A stretch of DNA of 64,000 nucleotides, from IMG/VR virus record IMGVR_UViG_3300033555_000001, positions 96,001 to 160,000 of that record. One strand, given 5' to 3'. Shown here piece after piece: positions 27,620 to 36,365 of this stretch. Position numbers and translations under genes: made by a program. Under the pieces are notes generated by a model, which worked only from the letters and a program-made list of their open reading frames with translations, did not search any database and had not been told where the DNA came from. The first letter of the stretch is position 1; each line of letters opens with the position of its first letter. The stretch is from a virus (Duplodnaviria > Caudoviricetes).

Positions 27620-29929
27620 ATGACTACAAATCAACAATCCAGCAGTATCTCGCACATTGAAGACCTGAGTGTAGATGAGTTTTTAAACTTGCTCCGAAAT
27701 ATCTCTACCCAGCACGCCACTGAGAAAATGGACGGCTCTAATCTGTGGATTGGGGTAGACGAAAACAACACGCTCTTTACTTCGAGAGAGGGCAAGCGCT
27801 CGGGCTCTAGCCGGTGCTATTCTCTGGATGACTGGCCTGATGTGGCCGCCTTTAATCAATTTAAAGCAGCTCATGCTGCACTCGAATTAAAATCCGCTGA
27901 CATCACCAAAATCATGCCGCCTGGCTCCATGGTTGAGGCCGAGGTGTTGTTTGGCAGGCAACCTAATAGCGTCATTTACGGCAGTGGAAATAAGTCCTAC
28001 ATCGCCTTTCTGCGCGGTGTAAATGGTACCTCAGACGCAGTGGTTGATAATTTAAATTCCCAGTTACAAAATCAAGAAGTAGAAGTCACGGTTGAGCTGC
28101 TTGACACCTCAGACGGTGAAACGCTGGATAAAACACGTGAAAGTTTTCGGGTACAGTTCACAACACCACAAAAAATCGATTCAGCCAGTTTGCAGGGTGC
28201 GGATGTTACTGAGCAATTAACGGCTCTTGAGGCTTTTTTGCGGGCTGAGTCTGCTGTTGCCGGGTTGAATAACAAAGAGCTCATGCTGACGTCGCTGACA
28301 CAAGTTAAAAAAGATGCGCGGCCAGAAGTAAAGGCTGCCAGAGAGGCAGTGCTGGCCCAAGTGCAGCGCGAATTTAAGATTCCAATCAAGCAAGTACTGC
28401 TGGACAAGATTGTAAAAAAGCTTAAATCGGCTCTCAGTGATGAACCGGATGCAGGAATTGGAATTGAGGGCATTGTGCTGCGTGACCCAACCACTGGCCG
28501 ACAGGTTAAAATTGTTGACAGAGATACGTTCAGCATTATTAACCGATTCAATCAAGCAGTACGTGGTGAGATTCAAGGCGCGCTGAACACAACTGATCCT
28601 GATTCACCGCTTGAATCGCGGGGCGGTTTAGTTGGAACACTGCGAATTAGAATTGCAGACGTGCTTGGTAACAGAGAGCTTGCTCGGCCGGGTGCAGTAA
28701 AGAAAATTCTGGAACCAATTAAAGGTGAAACACCAGAGCAGGCAATTAGAAACTTTGCTGACACAATGGCCGGTATTAATGATTACACGGCGATAAAGAA
28801 AAAAGTACTTGCAATGACTGCTGGTACTGCCACTGAGTTAAAAGAAAAGCTTGAGGATTTTAAAGAGAACCAGAGCGGTTATTCGCTTAAATTAAAAAAT
28901 GGCACTGAGCTTAAACTGTCTCCTGAAGTAATAAAGCGTACACTGCTCTCTTTTGCTGAGGCAAAGAAAAATCTTACCGTGCTGTTTGATAAAGTAAAAG
29001 TAACAACATCTCTGGCGCAGCTCTTGGCAATTTTATACGGGGTGCAGGCCAAAAAAGTTCACCAGCAAGTACCGGTTGAAGAGCGTCTCTTGGAAAATCG
29101 TGGGCACGGTGAAATTGACCGGGTTGAGTACAACAAAAAAGATCAGTACATGTTATTGAACTCTTATTTGGCCACTGTGCTGATGACAATGCTTATTCAC
29201 CACGAACACGACACAATTGGCGCGCGACGGCTCAGAGACAGAAAAAATTACATGATAAAGCGCTGGCACAGCGACATGAGCCCGCTGAATTTCTGGGGAT
29301 ACGTGATCTGGAGAAATGAAAAGCCTGATATTAAAAAGCAACTTGCCACTCGAACTCAGCAAGCGCTTGAACTTGCAACAAAGAAGATTATGCCGGTTGC
29401 CTGGAAAATGCTGCACATGCAGTTCTCCTACAATAAAGAACTAAAAATCAGGTGGGTTGAGCATCAAAAAATGTTGCACCGGTTGATCGACGTTGCTGGT
29501 CTTCGCTCTGAAAGACTAAATACGATGCTTGATAACATGATTGAATGGCCGGCACTGACGTCTGACGAAAAGAACAAGACCATAAATCGACTGTATCTGT
29601 ACGCGCAACAGTTTGTACCACGCTCTAGCCTGTTTGCTCGGTTGCGTGTGATACAGACAAATCTGCTGTTAAATGCTACTGGAACTAATACCCAAATGGT
29701 AGAAAGTCTATTAAAAGCTGTTACTTCAATTCCTGAAGAAGAGGGTGATGGCGGACCGCCAAGTGGCGTTTCAGTCTCTACACCTGCTTCAACACACACC
29801 GGTGCCAGCAGCATAGCCGCTCTTCCAACTCGTATTGGTGATAGTAAAACTATCATTAAGCGCAAGCGCAATCCAGGCGCAAAATTGACAACTCTAAAAT
29901 TCCCAGATCCCAGGAAAGCCGCTAAATGA
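27620..29929 (+). CDS. Covalent nucleotidyltransferase (RNA-ligase-like) domain fused to long helical extension; probable virion protein
   Basis: TEKMDGSN (I), SR, EAEVL (III), IEGIVLRD (IV), VKIV (V); basic C-tail. Confidence 0.75.
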   Translation: MTTNQQSSSISHIEDLSVDEFLNLLRNISTQHATEKMDGSNLWIGVDENNTLFTSREGKRSGSSRCYSLDDWPDVAAFNQFKAAHAALELKSADITKIMPPGSMVEAEVLFGRQPNSVIYGSGNKSYIAFLRGVNGTSDAVVDNLNSQLQNQEVEVTVELLDTSDGETLDKTRESFRVQFTTPQKIDSASLQGADVTEQLTALEAFLRAESAVAGLNNKELMLTSLTQVKKDARPEVKAAREAVLAQVQREFKIPIKQVLLDKIVKKLKSALSDEPDAGIGIEGIVLRDPTTGRQVKIVDRDTFSIINRFNQAVRGEIQGALNTTDPDSPLESRGGLVGTLRIRIADVLGNRELARPGAVKKILEPIKGETPEQAIRNFADTMAGINDYTAIKKKVLAMTAGTATELKEKLEDFKENQSGYSLKLKNGTELKLSPEVIKRTLLSFAEAKKNLTVLFDKVKVTTSLAQLLAILYGVQAKKVHQQVPVEERLLENRGHGEIDRVEYNKKDQYMLLNSYLATVLMTMLIHHEHDTIGARRLRDRKNYMIKRWHSDMSPLNFWGYVIWRNEKPDIKKQLATRTQQALELATKKIMPVAWKMLHMQFSYNKELKIRWVEHQKMLHRLIDVAGLRSERLNTMLDNMIEWPALTSDEKNKTINRLYLYAQQFVPRSSLFARLRVIQTNLLLNATGTNTQMVESLLKAVTSIPEEEGDGGPPSGVSVSTPASTHTGASSIAALPTRIGDSKTIIKRKRNPGAKLTTLKFPDPRKAAK

Positions 29930-32900
29930 CATCTCTTATTAAAGAATTCAACAAGGGCGATCAGCAGCAGAGCCTCAAGTCTGCCGACGGCAGTGATGCC
30001 GGTGCTGCAGATTTAAACAAGGCAGTAGACGTCAAATTCTCACTAATGAGAAATATGATTAACCGAGACGGCGATGTTACTGGCGCTGACGTTCACGACT
30101 ATCTGGAGCGTGCTAAAGACCTCAACAATGAAATTGATACCGTTGGATTTGCAATTGAAACCGACGACGGCGAAATCATAAAAATATATGTTAACGCAGA
30201 ACAGGCCACGGCCTTTGAAGCTGAAATGTCTACCTTGTTAGGTTTAGAGGGCGATTCAGAAGAAGCAATCAATACACTGGCGCAGAAATTTGACATTGTT
30301 GACGTGGTTTGGCCAGATGATCCGGCTGATCCGGCCACTGACCCAGACGGCGAGTTGGGTATTGACGATGATCTCTCTGATCTTATGGGAGACGACGAAG
30401 TTGAAGTTACAGATGCTGACGCCGTGACTGACGCAGACGCTGCTCCTGAAGCCGACGCTGTTGCACCAAAGAAATCGCTTATGAAGTCCGTGCTTGGCAA
30501 TAAAGACGAGCCAGCAAACGACGAAATTACAGATGATTCCGACAAAGAAGCTGACGCGGATGAAGAATCAGATGAAGAGCCAGAATTAGACGATGATGGA
30601 AATCCGGTAATTGATGACAATGGAGATCCTGTTCTCAAGAAGAAAAAGAAAAAAGAAGAGCCAGCAAAAGTTAAAACTGAAGGCTTATCTCGCCTCTCAA
30701 AAATTTCAGAAGATGCCAAGGCTGAAATACAACAACACGTGCAGCAAGCAGAAGAACGTGGTAACAAAGGAAAGTACTGTATTGCTGCGGTTGTTACGGG
30801 CGGCATACGCGGTAGAGTTCAGTTTGATGTCAAGAAAAGTGGTCAGGTTCAGTGTTTTGACGACAAAGAATTAGCTGTAAAAGAGGCCAGCCGGCTTAAC
30901 ACAGAGCGTAATATGGCTGGCGCAAAAGCGCACTTCAGCTATTCACCAAAACTTATCGAGGGAAATATGAAAATTACTGAACTGACGCAGAGCACGCAGC
31001 CAATCATGGAAGCTGAAGGCGAAGATATGAAGCTTGATACGGCGTGGAAGGGTTTGGCAAACAGACTCAAGCGTCCGTACGAGAAAAAAATCGTTGCTCT
31101 TTTGAGCGCAATTGGTATTCCCGGCCGCATTGCAGCAAATGCTGAAGGTATCAAAGAAAGCATTGAAGCAGGCGGAGATGTTATTCGTCGTGCTGGTCGT
31201 AAACAAGGGCTGTTTAATCAGTTCTTTGATCAGTACACTGGTGGTGGTGCTGAAGCAGTTACCGAAGCTAAAAAGCGCGGTGGCCGTGTTCAAAAGATTT
31301 TAGAATCAGTGCTGGTAAGGTTGGGCCTGCCAGAGTCAATGACTACAACTGATGGCGCTGGTATGCTTGCAGCAGTATTTTCCCGCGCAGCTGCTAAAGT
31401 TTCGGCTGATGGCGAGTTAGAAACAACGCTTATGCAGTTAGCAAAAGCTATGGGTGTTACCACAGCCGAAGTAAACGAAGATGTTGTTACTGAAGAAGTA
31501 GATGTTGGAAATGATGAATATGCACAAAGCGTAATTAAACTGTGTATGGCACTTGGTATCCCTGAGCGTCAACTACAATTTCAACGTCCTACATTAATCA
31601 AGAGCCTGCGCGACATGCGCACAAAGCTACAGAGCCGCGGTACTATAATGCAGCGTATGGACGCTCTTGTTGCACTGCTAGACAAGAATACGCGTAAAGG
31701 CCCAGCTCCAGCAATGGAGAGTTTAACAGAAGCTTTTGGTCAGCTCAAAAAATTCTCTGACGCGGCTATGAGTGCGCGCGATGGTGGTGGTTATTTGGAT
31801 ACTCCTTCTGCAGGGCCTGCCCTGATAGCAAAATATGATGGTGAGGATCCAAATAATACTGTTTTAATTCTGGCAATTGACAGTGACCACAGCAATAAAA
31901 ACAAGCTTTTAAGAGTTGCCATTGAAGATGACATGGACGGTACTCTTAAGGCAAAGTACTTTACAGATGACAAAGAAGGATACGCATTAGCTCTTGACTA
32001 CGCAAATAAAGTTCGCACTAGCAACTTTAAGTCTACCGTACAAAAAATATGGAAAGATAGCGATGCAGTTACTAAAATAGCAGCGAAATTATCAGACCCA
32101 GAGGGAGCAAAGAGCTTGCGCAAGGGTACATACACGCCGGGCGAAGAGTTTAGAATTTCAATTACATATGATTCTCCCAAAGACGCGCCGACTGCTGCGG
32201 ATTTAAAGAGAGCATTTTATCCAGAATTTAAGAGTGTTACAATACAAAAACCTTCTGAATATTTTAAAGATGCAAAAACTTATACATATATCTTTGACTA
32301 TAACGAAAATTTTAAATCAAAGCCTACTATGGAGAGCTTGACGACAGAGAAAAAAGCGATTGCTAGGGTAAAGGCAGCTTTAATGCAACCTCGTGATGCT
32401 CAAGATCTTCGTGAGACTCAAGATGAGCGTGGCGAAGATTTTGTAATGACTGTAGCTTATGATTTTCCTGAGAACGCACCTACCGTAGCAGAACTAAAGG
32501 ACGCTCTAGCTCCAGAATTTAAAAAAGTTCGACGTGAACGGTCACAACGAGATCGTAACGTGGCAATTTATTACTTTCAATACAACAAAGGCTTTAACGA
32601 ACTGCCAACAATGGAGAGCTTGACCGAGGCATTTGGCCCGCTGGAAGCACTGTCTCACTCTGATTTGCAGAACTTTAATTTGGATGAGCCAGTTGCAGGA
32701 CCTGCGTTAATGGCTGGCTATGAAGGTGGTGGCACTCATGAGGATACTGTTCTTGCACTTGGTGTAGATCCAGATGCAGATGATGAAAACAAATCACTGC
32801 GAGTTGGTATTGATGGTCCATGGGACGGCATGCTGCACGCTAAGTACTTTCAAAATAATAAAGAAGGCTACAAGGCCGCGCTTGATTACGCTAACATGCT

Positions 32901-32958
32901 GCGCACCGCTAATTTAAAATCAGGCGGTCGCCCAAAGGGCTGGAAAGACAATAACTAA
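29926..32958 (+). CDS. 1010-aa modular acidic protein, probable internal-head polyprotein
   Basis: D/E-rich linker, many [ILV]-x-E sites, three PxMESLT repeats separating duplicated domains. Confidence 0.8.
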   Translation: MTSLIKEFNKGDQQQSLKSADGSDAGAADLNKAVDVKFSLMRNMINRDGDVTGADVHDYLERAKDLNNEIDTVGFAIETDDGEIIKIYVNAEQATAFEAEMSTLLGLEGDSEEAINTLAQKFDIVDVVWPDDPADPATDPDGELGIDDDLSDLMGDDEVEVTDADAVTDADAAPEADAVAPKKSLMKSVLGNKDEPANDEITDDSDKEADADEESDEEPELDDDGNPVIDDNGDPVLKKKKKKEEPAKVKTEGLSRLSKISEDAKAEIQQHVQQAEERGNKGKYCIAAVVTGGIRGRVQFDVKKSGQVQCFDDKELAVKEASRLNTERNMAGAKAHFSYSPKLIEGNMKITELTQSTQPIMEAEGEDMKLDTAWKGLANRLKRPYEKKIVALLSAIGIPGRIAANAEGIKESIEAGGDVIRRAGRKQGLFNQFFDQYTGGGAEAVTEAKKRGGRVQKILESVLVRLGLPESMTTTDGAGMLAAVFSRAAAKVSADGELETTLMQLAKAMGVTTAEVNEDVVTEEVDVGNDEYAQSVIKLCMALGIPERQLQFQRPTLIKSLRDMRTKLQSRGTIMQRMDALVALLDKNTRKGPAPAMESLTEAFGQLKKFSDAAMSARDGGGYLDTPSAGPALIAKYDGEDPNNTVLILAIDSDHSNKNKLLRVAIEDDMDGTLKAKYFTDDKEGYALALDYANKVRTSNFKSTVQKIWKDSDAVTKIAAKLSDPEGAKSLRKGTYTPGEEFRISITYDSPKDAPTAADLKRAFYPEFKSVTIQKPSEYFKDAKTYTYIFDYNENFKSKPTMESLTTEKKAIARVKAALMQPRDAQDLRETQDERGEDFVMTVAYDFPENAPTVAELKDALAPEFKKVRRERSQRDRNVAIYYFQYNKGFNELPTMESLTEAFGPLEALSHSDLQNFNLDEPVAGPALMAGYEGGGTHEDTVLALGVDPDADDENKSLRVGIDGPWDGMLHAKYFQNNKEGYKAALDYANMLRTANLKSGGRPKGWKDNN
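31714..32637 (+). repeat. Three in-frame direct repeats ATGGAGAGYTTRAC (MESLT) at 31714, 32329, 32611
   Basis: Read directly in DNA and protein. Confidence 0.85.
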
Positions 32959-33341
32959 TGCTGTTAAGCCAAATCAGAGAGGAAGTTTCGCAAAAGCAGC
33001 TTGACCAAGTTGAGCTCTTTGCGGACCGGTTGTGGGGTAGGTTGGGCGTTGATGTGTCGTTTACTCGGCACTTTATTGAGCGGCTAAATGACTCACGTAA
33101 TGGAAAAGAAATTTCCTCGGCAGAACTGATTAGGCTGTTTAAAAAAGAGTATGAGGCCTATGGCGATAAAATCAGCGGGATTACCGCTGATGGCGAAGCT
33201 GTAATGTTAGATCTTTTGACAAGCATTAATTTGCCATTTGTGATGAAAACCGCGCGTGACGGTTCCAGAGAACTTGTCGCAAAGACGGTAATGCGCAAGA
33301 AAGATTTTAAATCCAGTGATCAAATTTACAAGGTTCAATAA
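32958..33341 (+). CDS. Hypothetical protein, possible RelE/BECR-fold RNase
   Basis: FTRHFIERLNDSRN and C-terminal KTVMRK strand. Confidence 0.6.
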   Translation: MLLSQIREEVSQKQLDQVELFADRLWGRLGVDVSFTRHFIERLNDSRNGKEISSAELIRLFKKEYEAYGDKISGITADGEAVMLDLLTSINLPFVMKTARDGSRELVAKTVMRKKDFKSSDQIYKVQ

Positions 33342-33883
33342 TGGAACCAGTTGAAGTAGATGGTTGGAATGTTGCGCACTTAAACGGCGGGTTGCTCTTA
33401 AGCTCAAACGATTTTATGGTGCAGTTTAGCCCATCAGAAGTTGATAAGTTACTTAACATTCTAAACACCCAAACCCCCGGAAAACTGCGTGACACGCGTG
33501 GCGATGTTGTTACCGTAATCCCTGAAAAAAATCACGTGATCCTTACTAGAGCCTCTGATGAGATATACCCTGGTGGTATTATTCTTCCTGTAGACGCGTT
33601 CTCTGATTTTGACGAGGATGAGCCAATTGTAGAGGGCATTAAACCAGCGTTTAGACGAGTTGGAAATAAAATTAAGCGCGGTTATAGAGTTACTAGTGGT
33701 CGCCGTAAGGGTCGAGTAATTGTAAATCGTGCTACTGCAAATAAGCCGCCAATCAGCGGCCGGACTCGCGCTAAGCTAAGAATTGCTGCTCGTAGAAACA
33801 AATTTGTTCGGGCACTAAAATCTAAAATGACACGCAGAAAAGGCGCAAGTATCCGCTTACGCCGAATGAACCACACGGATTAA
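33341..33883 (+). CDS. Probable virion protein with highly basic C-terminus
   Basis: IVE then R/K-rich YRVTSGRRKGRV segment. Confidence 0.7.
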   Translation: MEPVEVDGWNVAHLNGGLLLSSNDFMVQFSPSEVDKLLNILNTQTPGKLRDTRGDVVTVIPEKNHVILTRASDEIYPGGIILPVDAFSDFDEDEPIVEGIKPAFRRVGNKIKRGYRVTSGRRKGRVIVNRATANKPPISGRTRAKLRIAARRNKFVRALKSKMTRRKGASIRLRRMNHTD

Positions 33884-33884
33884 C

Positions 33885-34031
33885 ATGGACTTTAGCGCGG
33901 CCAGAGAGAAAATTATTGAATTGCAGGTTGAACTTGCAAAAGATAAACCCGGTTCAAAAGATCCAAAAATAGAGGCGTTGGTAATTGCGCTGATGAGAAC
34001 CCGCACCGCACTTGAAAAGCTCATGACATGA
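33885..34031 (+). CDS. 48-aa helical protein (not in ORF track)
   Basis: Fills gap; stop overlaps next ATG. Confidence 0.45.
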   Translation: MDFSAAREKIIELQVELAKDKPGSKDPKIEALVIALMRTRTALEKLMT

Positions 34032-34708
34032 CTTTTTCCTACCAAGATTACAGTACCGAGAGCGTCAAGGGTTGCAGGTACTACATAACTCCAGCTGGCG
34101 CTTTTCCTTCAATTACAACCGTGCTTGGTGGCAGTGAAACAGCCGAGAAAAAGGCGTCTCTTGAGAACTGGCGAACATCGCTTGGTCAAGAGAAAGCTGC
34201 AGCCGTATCAAAGAAAGCCACAGATCACGGCACAATGGTTCACTTGTTAACTGAGCGATTCCTAAAGGGAGAAGATGTTTTTGCTCCTGTAAATGGTGCA
34301 CCGGTTCCTGGACCGGATATGATGGCATTTAATGCGCTAAAACTTAAGCTCAAACAAATCAACGAAATTTGGGGTCAAGAGCAGTCGCTGTACTCGCCAT
34401 CGCTTGAAATTGCTGGCCGGTTTGATTGCATTGGGCTCTATAAAAATATACCTTCAATCATTGATTTCAAGACCGCTAGCCGCCTCAAGACGCGCAAGGA
34501 CATTGAAGACTATGAACTGCAACTGTTCTTTTATGCCACTGCGCATAACGAGCTCTTTGGTACTGACATTAAGCGTGGTGTAATTCTAATGAGTTCCGCA
34601 GGCGGTATGCCACAGGAATTTGTTGTGGATTTTACTGAGGATCATCTCTTAAAGCTAAAAGCTCGTGTCGCTATCTTCTACGAAAAACTTCTAAAAGACT
34701 TTGAATAG
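34028..34708 (+). CDS. PD-(D/E)XK exonuclease (Cas4/RecB/lambda-exo-like)
   Basis: FPSITTVL, GTMVH, AGRFD, IIDFKT, QL..YA. Confidence 0.88.
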   Translation: MTFSYQDYSTESVKGCRYYITPAGAFPSITTVLGGSETAEKKASLENWRTSLGQEKAAAVSKKATDHGTMVHLLTERFLKGEDVFAPVNGAPVPGPDMMAFNALKLKLKQINEIWGQEQSLYSPSLEIAGRFDCIGLYKNIPSIIDFKTASRLKTRKDIEDYELQLFFYATAHNELFGTDIKRGVILMSSAGGMPQEFVVDFTEDHLLKLKARVAIFYEKLLKDFE

Positions 34709-34771
34709 TCCTAGCCTCTAGCAGGTTCCTGAGACGTGTAAATAGAGCATAGTTTATTTCTTGGAGTCTAC

Positions 34772-35260
34772 ATGTCTGCGCTTAACGAATTTACAATGAA
34801 CCTTCCTATGATTGGCACGTCTCCAATCGGCAATACTGTTAGTGAATTACCTGCTGAAGTACCGGCTGACCAGGTTCCAGCAGAACCTGAAATGTACGAT
34901 GTCACGGCAGACACTGAATTGCCCGCGTGCATTAGCCCAGAGTGCTCCCATATTACGGTAAGTGTAGACAGCGCGTCTGGAGCTGGTCCTTATTCTGATA
35001 GTTCACCTGAGGTATTCGTGGATCTTGTTCTCAATGTTAACATTATGGAGAAACCTGAGGACGGTTCTGTTGGCTATGGCACTACACGCACATACAAAAT
35101 AGTAAAACGGGTTTCTCTAGATAAATTAAAGCTTGCTTTTCAAGCTGAGTCTGAAACGCCTGTTAGCATTGTAGAAGCCCTTTCCCCAGAAGCCCTGCAA
35201 AAACAAGCCGCATCAGCACGCGCCGCTCAGCGCGCACGTCAACTTGCCGGTCTAGAATAA
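34772..35260 (+). CDS. Late hypothetical protein
   Basis: TAAATA 34739; GGAG SD. Confidence 0.7.
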   Translation: MSALNEFTMNLPMIGTSPIGNTVSELPAEVPADQVPAEPEMYDVTADTELPACISPECSHITVSVDSASGAGPYSDSSPEVFVDLVLNVNIMEKPEDGSVGYGTTRTYKIVKRVSLDKLKLAFQAESETPVSIVEALSPEALQKQAASARAAQRARQLAGLE

Positions 35261-35269
35261 GGAAAAATT

Positions 35270-36157
35270 ATGCACCCAATCATTATCATGTCGTATGACA
35301 GATCGCCCGCAATTAAAAAGGCGATAGAGATTTTAGAAGACGCCGGTTTAGAAGTTCGTTTGCTGAACACTAACAGCGCTCGCTTGGCAGATTTTTTGGG
35401 TGCCTTGGCGGGTGACGAAGATGACGATGATAAGGAAGACAGTAAAAAAGACGCGCCAGTTGTTGACACGGAAATTGCTGATGCGGCTAAAGATGCAGCT
35501 GACGCTTTTGACGACGATGCCGCAAAACCTGAAGTTGCCCTAGAGTGCATTATCGATGGAGAAAAAGTAAAAGTTCTGGTGGTAGAAGGAACAGGTATTA
35601 TGCTGCACCCATCGTCAATTACTGCCGGCGCTCGCACTGTGTACTCCATTAATGAATCGCAATTTGCCTTTTGGCCAAGCGCGATTTCAAACGCGCCTAT
35701 TACTGAGGAAGTAGAATTAAAGTTTGAAAATGTCAGTGGGCACTTTGAAATTGTATTAAGTGAAGAAGCGCAAAATCCACCAGTGCTTAAAATTGGGCGT
35801 AACTGGCTGATGGAAGCAGACTATCCAAAGAACAGTTGGGCAATCATGAAGGGTTATCACTTCGAAAAAGGCTCGGTCAATTTAGAAGACATCCGTAAAG
35901 AGCGCTTGGTAACTGCACAGCTATGTATGAAGAACGATACAGGCAGATTAATGTGGATTCTGACATCTGGAGATGGTTATGAAGTCGGACACACTCACGA
36001 CATTCATAATGATCAAACGCTACGCCCAATGGGTTCTGTAAAGGTAATCGCAACTGTTAAGCTGGGCGAGACTGCCGCAGAAGATAAAATTACCGGCAAA
36101 GCGCCTGAAGGTAAAGACATTACTAAGCTTTCAGCTCCAGTGTACGTTTTTAAATGA
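35270..36157 (+). CDS. Late hypothetical protein with acidic linker and appended C-terminal module
   Basis: AAGGA SD; composition shift after WLME. Confidence 0.7.
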   Translation: MHPIIIMSYDRSPAIKKAIEILEDAGLEVRLLNTNSARLADFLGALAGDEDDDDKEDSKKDAPVVDTEIADAAKDAADAFDDDAAKPEVALECIIDGEKVKVLVVEGTGIMLHPSSITAGARTVYSINESQFAFWPSAISNAPITEEVELKFENVSGHFEIVLSEEAQNPPVLKIGRNWLMEADYPKNSWAIMKGYHFEKGSVNLEDIRKERLVTAQLCMKNDTGRLMWILTSGDGYEVGHTHDIHNDQTLRPMGSVKVIATVKLGETAAEDKITGKAPEGKDITKLSAPVYVFK

Positions 36158-36164
36158 TCATATT

Positions 36165-36365
36165 ATGCTAGTCCAATATAATCATCTTTCAGAGCTCACA
36201 GCTGCCGATCTTCAACGCTTAAAAGTTAAAGTTATGAATTCGCCGGTTGGTGGGTCACCAGTATTCTTAGACGACAAAGTATTTCCTCTTACGGAAATTA
36301 TGGCGCAAAAGAAAATTTGGGAAGCAGAAACTCAACTAACGTCAAAGAAAATTCTACTCGGATGA
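36165..36365 (+). CDS. Hypothetical protein
   Basis: Operon packing. Confidence 0.5.
   Translation: MLVQYNHLSELTAADLQRLKVKVMNSPVGGSPVFLDDKVFPLTEIMAQKKIWEAETQLTSKKILLG

Noticed and set aside
30637-30657. A-rich run encoding LKKKKKKEE as a frameshift or slippage site
   Set aside because: The ORF continues 770 aa in frame and no useful alternative-frame product is seen
30099-30806. 235-aa minus-strand ORF and other long antisense ORFs (e.g. 44160-44804, 10608-11066, 20461-20952)
   Set aside because: Shadow frames of strongly biased sense genes (Ser/Ala/Phe-rich mirror composition), with no SD or promoter
34028-34708. Cas4-like nuclease as part of a CRISPR system
   Set aside because: No Fe-S cysteine cluster, array or other cas genes; ordinary phage PD-(D/E)XK exonuclease
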